Positions 57,182 to 64,000 of a DNA stretch of 64,000 bases are shown piece by piece; the first letter of the stretch is position 1, and every line of letters starts with the position of its first letter. The DNA comes from Bacillota bacterium (lineage in GTDB: Bacteria; Bacillota; Limnochordia; Limnochordales; ZCTH02-B6). The position numbers were made by a program, and so were the translations under genes. The stretch covers positions 400-64,399 of the forward strand of contig JACDOI010000006.1 in NCBI GenBank assembly GCA_017656145.1. The letters are read 5' to 3'. Below the pieces are notes generated by a model. It had not been told where the DNA came from and did no database searches. It saw only the letters and a list, made by a program, of their open reading frames with translations.

Positions 57182-57973
57182 CTAAACGATCGCGCGCACC
57201 AGGCCGCCGTCGACGGTGATGGACTGGCCCGTGATGTAGCTGGCGTGGCGGGAGCATAGAAATACTGCCATGGCGGCGACCTCCTCGGGCCGCCCGAAAC
57301 GGCCCAGCGGAATGGCCTGGGCGAATTCGCGGATGACGTCCTCGGGCTCTACCCCCCGGGCGGCCGCCATCTGGCGGGCCCGCTCCTCCCAAAGCCTCGT
57401 CAGGGTTCGCCCGGGCAGGACGGAGTTGACCAGAATGCCGTGCGCGGCGTACTCGTTGGCCAGGCTGCGGGTGAGGGCCAGCAATCCGGCCTTGTGGACG
57501 TTGGAGACGATCTGGTGCTCATGGGGCTGCTTGGCCGACGCGGCTCCCACGATGACGACCCGGGCGCCCTCGGCCTTCTTTAGCTGGGGCAGAAACGTGC
57601 GGACGGTCCTCACTGCCGACAACACGTTGAACTCATAATTGTCCAGCCAGTCTTGATCCGTCAGATCTTCGAAGGGAACCCGGCGGCTGCCGCCGACGGA
57701 AAAGATGAGGCAGTTCAAGGCTGGAACTCGTTGGCGGACCCACGCCGCGAGGCGTTCCACATCATCGGCCTTGGTGACATCGGCCGCGCAGTAGGGCACT
57801 TGCCTCCCGGACTCGGCCTCCAGCCGGGCGGACACCTCTGCCAGCCTGTCGTTGTTGCGGGAGCACAACAACACGTTGGCCCCCTCGTTCAGCAACATGG
57901 CGGCGGCGGAAAGGCCGATGCCCGAGCTTCCGCCGACGACCAGGGCGTACTTGCCGTCTAAACCCAGCTCCAT
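57182..57973 (-). CDS. Short-chain dehydrogenase/reductase (atypical active site)
   Basis: VGGSSGIG, VNSVLPG, IPLGRFG.PEEVA, YITGQ...VDGG; SNVHK in place of YxxxK. Confidence 0.9.
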   Translation of the reverse strand: MELGLDGKYALVVGGSSGIGLSAAAMLLNEGANVLLCSRNNDRLAEVSARLEAESGRQVPYCAADVTKADDVERLAAWVRQRVPALNCLIFSVGGSRRVPFEDLTDQDWLDNYEFNVLSAVRTVRTFLPQLKKAEGARVVIVGAASAKQPHEHQIVSNVHKAGLLALTRSLANEYAAHGILVNSVLPGRTLTRLWEERARQMAAARGVEPEDVIREFAQAIPLGRFGRPEEVAAMAVFLCSRHASYITGQSITVDGGLVRAIV

Positions 57974-58024
57974 CGCGTCGCACCCTCCTTGTGGGGGTTT
58001 GGGGCGCCCAACCCGGCGGTTGCG

Positions 58025-58864
58025 TCAGGCGAGCCGGGTAACGAGGCCGTAAACCTCGGGACGCCGGTCCCGAAAGATGAAGCGCCGGCGCCGGGCGGCT
58101 TCGATGGCTCCCAAGTCGACCTCGGCCAACAGGATGCCCTCATCGAATTCCAGGGAGGCGATGATCTCGCCCCCAGGAGCCACCGCGACGCTGTTGCCGG
58201 CAAACTCATGGTGCTCCTCGTCGGTGCGGCCGGTGAGACCGACGCCTACGACGAACAAGCCGTTTTCATACGCCCGGACCCGGCAGATGGCCCGCCACAG
58301 GCTGGCCAAATTCCGCGGGCAACCGGTCGGCAGGGCGATGAGTTCGGCGCCCTGCAGCGCGAGGCTGCGGCTCCCTTCGGGGAAATCCCGATCGTAGCAA
58401 ATCTGAATCGCGATCCGTCCAAGCGGCGTGGAAAAGACCGGGAATTCATATCCCGGACGAAAGTAAAACTTTTCCCACCCGGTCAAGGACCACGGGATGT
58501 GCACTTTTCGGTAGCAGCCGAGGACCTGGCCGCTGGAGCCGATGAGGGCCGCGCTGTTGTAGTACACGCCGCGGTCGCCCTTTTCGACGAAGGGAGCGAT
58601 GATGAACACGTTCAGTTGCCGGGCCAGCGTCCCCAAGCGCTCCAAGGTCGGACTGGCGCCGACGGGCTCCGCCAAGTCCCAAAAGCCCGGGTCGACATGG
58701 CCGGTGTGGGAGAAGTACCCGGTGTTGAACATTTCGGGCAAGACCATCAGCCGGGCGCCTTGCGAGGCCGCCTCCTCGATCATGGCGCACGCTTTGTCCA
58801 CATTCGCTTGTTTGTCCCCGATCCGGCATGACATCTGAATGCCGGCCACGATGAACCCGCTCAC
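58025..58864 (-). CDS. Carbon-nitrogen hydrolase (beta-ureidopropionase/N-carbamoylputrescine amidase-like)
   Basis: LPEMF (Glu), YRKVHIP (Lys), WEKFYF.PG, ICYDRDFPE (Cys); GTGA overlap with the upstream gene. Confidence 0.9.
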   Translation of the reverse strand: MSGFIVAGIQMSCRIGDKQANVDKACAMIEEAASQGARLMVLPEMFNTGYFSHTGHVDPGFWDLAEPVGASPTLERLGTLARQLNVFIIAPFVEKGDRGVYYNSAALIGSSGQVLGCYRKVHIPWSLTGWEKFYFRPGYEFPVFSTPLGRIAIQICYDRDFPEGSRSLALQGAELIALPTGCPRNLASLWRAICRVRAYENGLFVVGVGLTGRTDEEHHEFAGNSVAVAPGGEIIASLEFDEGILLAEVDLGAIEAARRRRFIFRDRRPEVYGLVTRLA

Positions 58865-59541
58865 CTGACTGTCCACTCCTCTTCCAGTTGCTCTGGCCCG
58901 TTGCTCCAGGCGCGGATGATGTCGGCGGAATCGCATACGTGCCCGAAGCGGCGCCGGACGTTCTCGAGAGTCGCCTGGCGCAACGTTTCGCTCCATGAAG
59001 CCGTGCAGTCTTGCGGCAAAACCACGTAGTACTCCAGCTCGAAGGCATGCCGCAGCGTCGTTTCGACGCAGACGTTGGTAGACACGCCGGTGATGACGGT
59101 AGTCTTGATGCCGTTGCTGCGGAGGATGAGGTCAAGATTGGTTCCGGTGAAACCACTGTAGCGGTGCTTGTAAACGACGACTTCGCCCTCCGCGGGAGCC
59201 AGGTCGTCGACAAACTGGATGCCCTCCGTACCTTCCATGGCCACCCGTTCGGACGAGTATGTCGATCGGCGCCTTTGAGCAAGCCACGGCCCAGAGTCGC
59301 TGAGATGACCGCGCAGCGTGAGAAAACCGACGTGAATGACGAGGACGCCGTGCCGGCGCGCGGCTTCCAGCAGCCGCTTGAGGCACGGGATGATGGACTG
59401 GGCCGGTCCCAGGTCCCGCCCGGCTTCCCAGCATTGAAACCCTTCCATGCAGAAGTCCTTCTGCATGTCTACGAGTATCAAAGCCGTATGCTCAGGACGG
59501 ACCACGTCTTCCAGGTTCAGCAACATCTGAGGTTCGCGCAC
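58861..59541 (-). CDS. Isochorismatase-family cysteine hydrolase (RutB-like)
   Basis: VDMQKDF, KHRYSGF..T.LDLILRS.GI, TGVSTNVCVETTLR.AF.LEY. Confidence 0.9.
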   Translation of the reverse strand: MREPQMLLNLEDVVRPEHTALILVDMQKDFCMEGFQCWEAGRDLGPAQSIIPCLKRLLEAARRHGVLVIHVGFLTLRGHLSDSGPWLAQRRRSTYSSERVAMEGTEGIQFVDDLAPAEGEVVVYKHRYSGFTGTNLDLILRSNGIKTTVITGVSTNVCVETTLRHAFELEYYVVLPQDCTASWSETLRQATLENVRRRFGHVCDSADIIRAWSNGPEQLEEEWTVR

Positions 59542-59568
59542 GCGTATCCCCCCTTACGTGCCGCAAGC

Positions 59569-61089
59569 TCATTGGCCGGCGCCGGTTTTCAAGGTTCGGC
59601 TGTTCCGGTAGCGCAAAACCGGCGGTCCCACAAGGGACAGGGCGGTGAGCAGCATCAAAATGATGGATAGCTCGCTCTGAAAGAACGTCCCATATCCTCC
59701 GATGCGGATGGCCCGCAGGAAATTGCTTTCAATCATGGGGCCGAGAATGATGGCCAGCAACAGCGCGGGAACGGGGTAGTTGTACACCTTGCAGAGAGCT
59801 CCAAAGAGGCCGAAGACGATCATCAAGATGATGTCGAACGCGAAATACCGCCACGCATACGCGCCGAGGAACAGAAGCACCGCCACGATAGGCACGAGAA
59901 AGCGGGTCGGCACAAAGGCGACGGCTTGAAAATGGCGGGCCAAGGGAAGCCCGAACAGCATAATGAGCAAGCTGGCCAAAACGAGGGAGAACAAAATGGT
60001 GTACGCTTCCGTCTGGAAGTTGATGAAAAACCGCGGTCCGGGCCGCACGCCGTGGAGGAAGAGCGCCGCCAGCATGAGCGTTGTGGAAGAGCTGCCCGGC
60101 AGGCCTAGCGTCAACGTAGGAACGAGGGCTCCGCACGCCACGGCATTGTTGGCCGAATCGGTAGCCACCAGACCGTCCGGATGGCCCTTGCCGAACTTCT
60201 CGGGCGTCTTCGACCACTGTTTCGCTTGGGAGTAGGCTACAAAAGATCCGATGGCGGCGCCGGCGCCCGGGACAATTCCGATCATGGTGCCGATAACACT
60301 CGAGCGTAACAGGGTCGTCTTGTAGCGCAAGGCTTGTTTCATTCCGTCGACGACCTCGCGAAAGGAGCGGGCGCCGGGCGCCGCGGTTTGCGCGATTCGC
60401 GTTCGCTTCATCAAAAACAAAATCTCGGAGAAACCGAAGAGCCCGATCAATACCGGTATCATCGGAAGCCCGTCATACAGCTCCAAGATGCCAAACGTGC
60501 CCCGCGGAAATCCCTGCATGCTGTCCATGCCGACAAGCGAGATGAGCAGGCCAAAACAGGTGATCAGCAACCCCTTGAGCGTATCGTCGCCCGTCAACGA
60601 GCTGACGACGCTCAGCCCGAACACGCCGAGCATGAACATCTCCGCTGGCCCAAACTGCAAGGCGAAGGTGCCCAGGACCGGGGCAATGGCGATGGAGGTG
60701 AAGGCCCCAAATAGGGCGCCTACGGTAGACGCGGCGAACGACACCCCCAGTGCGAACGCGGCCCGGCCCTGCCTGGCCAGCGGGTACCCTTCAAGGCAAG
60801 TGGCCGACGTGCCCGGTGTGCCCGGAATGTTGATCAGAATGGCGGGTATGGAGCCGGCCGCCTGAGCCGAACAGTACAGGGCGGTCATGGCCACGATGGC
60901 GTCGGTCGGGTCCAGGAGCAACGTGAACGGGAGCAGGATAGCCATCAGGTTGGCGTCGTTGAACCCTGGGATGGCGCCGACGACGAATCCCATGCCGAAT
61001 CCCGCGAGGAGCCAGAACAACGTGCCCAGATCGAACAGGTTGTGAAGACCGCCCAATATCGCTTGTGCGTCGTACAACTCACCATGCAC
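59569..61089 (-). CDS. Tripartite tricarboxylate transporter TctA
   Basis: GAIPG, ILINIPGTPG.SAT..EGYPLA.QG.A, IGIVPGAGA, SANNA...GALVPTLTLGLPGS; start may be TTG 61077. Confidence 0.93.
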   Translation of the reverse strand: MHGELYDAQAILGGLHNLFDLGTLFWLLAGFGMGFVVGAIPGFNDANLMAILLPFTLLLDPTDAIVAMTALYCSAQAAGSIPAILINIPGTPGTSATCLEGYPLARQGRAAFALGVSFAASTVGALFGAFTSIAIAPVLGTFALQFGPAEMFMLGVFGLSVVSSLTGDDTLKGLLITCFGLLISLVGMDSMQGFPRGTFGILELYDGLPMIPVLIGLFGFSEILFLMKRTRIAQTAAPGARSFREVVDGMKQALRYKTTLLRSSVIGTMIGIVPGAGAAIGSFVAYSQAKQWSKTPEKFGKGHPDGLVATDSANNAVACGALVPTLTLGLPGSSSTTLMLAALFLHGVRPGPRFFINFQTEAYTILFSLVLASLLIMLFGLPLARHFQAVAFVPTRFLVPIVAVLLFLGAYAWRYFAFDIILMIVFGLFGALCKVYNYPVPALLLAIILGPMIESNFLRAIRIGGYGTFFQSELSIILMLLTALSLVGPPVLRYRNSRTLKTGAGQ

Positions 61090-61151
61090 CCCCTTGCAGA
61101 CCCAAGCTCCTCGCTGAGGATCGTTGGTCCTGCATCAGCTGACGGCTGCGA

Positions 61152-61646
61152 TTACAGCCACGGAACGGTCGGGACGTTCAACTGCACCAACTCGGTGACT
61201 GCGTACAAGGCGACCGCGGTGAGGGTCCCATAGACGATCGCCTGGGTCCAACGTAACCCGGAGTTGGGGAACGCCAGCCACAGAAACAGGAGATTGGCTA
61301 TGTGAAAACCGAGGCGCTGGAACGCCGCGTAATAGCCGAGGCAAAGCGCGACCAGACCGATTTCTCGCCGGTGCCGCTTCACCCACGCCGCGGCTTGTTC
61401 GGGCAACGAGCCCGAACGGGCGCCCGGAGCAGCTTGCGGCGTACGTCGATCGGCGGCGCGATCCGGCGCTTTCCTGCTTTCCCGCCAAACGACTGCCAGG
61501 CAGAGCGCTGCCAACAAGACGATCACGCCCAGCGGCACCAGCACGACGGTGCGGGCTTGCCCGCGCACTTGAAGCCAATACGCCATCGCCACGCCGAGGG
61601 TGAGGGCGGGTACGATCAACTCGTGCCAGCGACGACCCATGACCAC
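61152..61646 (-). CDS. TctB-like small membrane subunit
   Basis: About 4-5 TM helices; lies between tctC and tctA. Confidence 0.75.
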   Translation of the reverse strand: MVMGRRWHELIVPALTLGVAMAYWLQVRGQARTVVLVPLGVIVLLAALCLAVVWRESRKAPDRAADRRTPQAAPGARSGSLPEQAAAWVKRHRREIGLVALCLGYYAAFQRLGFHIANLLFLWLAFPNSGLRWTQAIVYGTLTAVALYAVTELVQLNVPTVPWL

Positions 61647-61739
61647 CGACCTCCAACCTCGAAACTCCGCTCAAGCCGGCAACGGGCCGTGGGGGGCCCC
61701 GCCCGGCCCGGTCGCCGCCCCTGCCGTCCATGCCACGGA

Positions 61740-62774
61740 TCACATCATTTCGGCCAGGTCCCGCTCCATCGCGGGCCGGAACGCGGCGAGCAGCCTCAAG
61801 TAGTCCCTCACGAACTGCTCGCAGCTTTCTGGGCTGCGGTATTTGACGAACGGGGTCAGGTCTTGCTGATCGGCCAAGCGGCGGAACTCAGGCGTTTCCA
61901 TGGCGTCGCGAAGCGTGTTCACCAGTTTTTCGTACCGGTCGGGATAGCGGTCCCTCACGGCGCCGTGCACTTGAACCGCGTACGGTTCGACCAACGAGGG
62001 AAGATTCACGCCCAAAAGCTCATTGGCCGGTTCGGGTTGCCACAGGTGGGGGGCAGGGTTGCTATCTGTGAAAATGCCGATGGCCTTCGTCAGTTCGAAT
62101 ACGTGCAAGGCCGACCAGTAAGGCGCCATGCAGGCGTCCACGTGACCGCCGGCCACCGCGTTGCGGGCCTCGGAGCCGCCCTGGAACGGCACGACCTTCA
62201 AATTGGCGCCGGTGAGCTCCCGGAGGACGACCGTGGCGGCGTGCGCGGCAGACATGGGGCTTGACACGCTTACGGTCAGCGGCCGGTCGGAACTCATGCT
62301 ATCGTCGATGAACTGGTCGATGCGATCCCACTTCGCGTCCTTGTGTACCAGCAACACGTTGGGATCGTCGAAGTACGCGCCCACCCAGGCGATAGAGTCC
62401 AGGGAAAAGCCGGGATTTTGAAGCGCAAAGATCCAGGCGGTGTGGGGAATCGGCGTGAAGTGCACCGCGTGGCCGTCGGGGCGGGGATCGCTCATCATCC
62501 GCCGCAGCGCGACCAACGTCCCCGCTCCGGGAGCGTAGACGTAATTGAACGGGCGCGGTGCTCCCAAGGTCATCTCCCAGGCGGGTGTCACCACCCGGGC
62601 CGACCGGTCGGTCCCGCCTCCGGGGGAAAAGCCGATGATCACGTCCATCTGCCGGCTTGGAAACGGTTGACTCTGGGCGAACACCTTCGAAACAAAGCCG
62701 GGAACCAAAAGAGCACCGGCCGAAGCGCCGCCCAATCTCAAAAACTCCCGCCGATCAAACCTTCTCCTCTCCAC
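61740..62774 (-). CDS. TctC/Bug-family substrate-binding protein with Tat signal
   Basis: DRREFLRLG Tat motif; FPS....IIGFSPGGGTD..AR, PGAG, PDGH, VPF.GG.EA..AV.GGHVD. Confidence 0.9.
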   Translation of the reverse strand: MERRRFDRREFLRLGGASAGALLVPGFVSKVFAQSQPFPSRQMDVIIGFSPGGGTDRSARVVTPAWEMTLGAPRPFNYVYAPGAGTLVALRRMMSDPRPDGHAVHFTPIPHTAWIFALQNPGFSLDSIAWVGAYFDDPNVLLVHKDAKWDRIDQFIDDSMSSDRPLTVSVSSPMSAAHAATVVLRELTGANLKVVPFQGGSEARNAVAGGHVDACMAPYWSALHVFELTKAIGIFTDSNPAPHLWQPEPANELLGVNLPSLVEPYAVQVHGAVRDRYPDRYEKLVNTLRDAMETPEFRRLADQQDLTPFVKYRSPESCEQFVRDYLRLLAAFRPAMERDLAEMM

Positions 62775-63173
62775 TGCGGTCCCTCCTTGAAGCTCTATGT
62801 TTTAGGCAGCTCCATGCGATGAAGCCCCCAGCCGCACACGTGAAGCAGATGCCGGCCGACCCCCGTTCCCGAACGGTCGAAGGCGTTCCCCACTACCCGC
62901 GGTCCAGCCACGGACAAGTTTTGCGCCGATGGTGTGCCGACGCGGTATACCGAAATCATTAGACGCTGTGAGGATGTCTCCTTCGCCGAAGTCAAAAAAA
63001 TTCCAAGCCGGGAACTGGCTGGACTTCAGATGGATGCAGCGGCATTGCGCGTCGGGGCGAACTTGATCCCGAAAAAGAGGAACCGTCGATTGGAAAGAGA
63101 AAATTGTGGATCCTCGCATCCGCAGCGCCCCTTGATGGGAAACGAGGGGCGCCCGCGCAATAGGGGGATCGGG

Positions 63174-64000
63174 TTGGCGGCGCCGCTTGAAGGTATAAGG
63201 GTCGTGGACGTGACGACCAACATCGCGGGCCCTACTCTGACCTGGATCTTGGCGGAGCTTGGGGCGGATGTCATCAAGATCGAGCGGCCCGGCGGTGATG
63301 AGGCGCGCGCCATGGGACCGCTGTGGAACGGCCACGGGGCATACTTTCTCGCCATCAACACCGGCAAGCGCTCGGCGGCTCTCGATCTCAAGGACGAACG
63401 GGTCCGGGGCTGGGTGCGGCGGCTTGTGGCCGGGGCTGACGTCTTCGTCGAGAACTTCCGCCGCGGCAAAGCCGAATCGCTCGGCCTCGGCTACGAGCAG
63501 CTGCGGCAGGTGCGGCCGGACTTGGTCTACTGCTCGGTATCCGCCTTCGGCGAGGAAGGACCCGACGCGGCCAAACCCGGGTACGATTCGATCTTGCAAG
63601 CCCGCACCGGGATCATGAGCGTCACCGGCACCCCGGACGGCCCGCCGGTGCGAGCTGGGGTATCCATTCTTGACGGGGGAACCGCCATGTGGGGCGCTCT
63701 GGCCGTTGTGTCGGCGTTGTTCCGCCGTTCCCGAACCGGCCGGGGTCAGCGGGTGGGCGCCTCGCTGTTTGAGACGGGCGTCGGATGGATGAACTACCAT
63801 CTCATGGCATTTCAAGGCACAGGGCAGGTGCCGCCCCGCCAGGGCAGCGGCCACAACGCGTTCGCCCCGTACGGTGCGTTCCCGTGCCGCAACGGCGCCA
63901 TCGTCGTAGGAATCTCAAACGATCGGCTGTTTCAACGGCTGTGCGCGGCCTTGCAAATGCCTGAGCTGGCGGCCGATCCCCGGTTCCGGGACAATCCGGG
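63174..64000 (+). CDS. CaiB/BaiF family III CoA-transferase (truncated by window end)
   Basis: Not in ORF track; translated by hand: MAAPLEGIRVVDVT..IAGP...LAELGADVIKIE.P.GD.AR, N.GKRS.ALDLK, ADVFVENFR.G, GYD.ILQA.TG.MS.TG. Confidence 0.93.
   Translation, partial: MAAPLEGIRVVDVTTNIAGPTLTWILAELGADVIKIERPGGDEARAMGPLWNGHGAYFLAINTGKRSAALDLKDERVRGWVRRLVAGADVFVENFRRGKAESLGLGYEQLRQVRPDLVYCSVSAFGEEGPDAAKPGYDSILQARTGIMSVTGTPDGPPVRAGVSILDGGTAMWGALAVVSALFRRSRTGRGQRVGASLFETGVGWMNYHLMAFQGTGQVPPRQGSGHNAFAPYGAFPCRNGAIVVGISNDRLFQRLCAALQMPELAADPRFRDNP

Overview
Origin-proximal core chromosome of a high-GC, spore-forming Bacillota (Firmicute). Non-lipidated substrate-binding proteins hint at a diderm lineage such as Limnochordia (inference). 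The window opens with DnaA boxes and rpmH-rnpA-yidD-yidC-jag-rsmG-noc-parA-parB, lacking mnmE/mnmG. It has a perfect parS inside parB and a perfect Noc-binding site. It continues through ilvE, sucCD, a peptide ABC transporter, glycine cleavage genes, a stand-alone rpsD, rpsF-ssb-rpsR, rplI-lonC, ddl, rsmA, veg, a spore coat/cortex cluster and ispE-purR. It ends in an accessory catabolic island (DASS and TTT transporters, two amidohydrolases, SDR, MmgE/PrpD, CoA-transferase) placed directly behind a spoVG-like sigmaH promoter. The most unusual items are a translationally coupled, phage-like DnaD-domain + divergent DnaB helicase module away from the usual dnaB position, a YcgR/PilZN-like domain fused to a FlhG/MinD ATPase right after parB, the ureido/carbamoyl-type catabolic island, apparently catalytically dead spore hydrolases, a probable CTG start in gcvPA and a Rex box before an aldehyde dehydrogenase. 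No rRNA, tRNA, CRISPR, integrase or transposase was seen. All family calls come from motif recognition by eye, not database searches.
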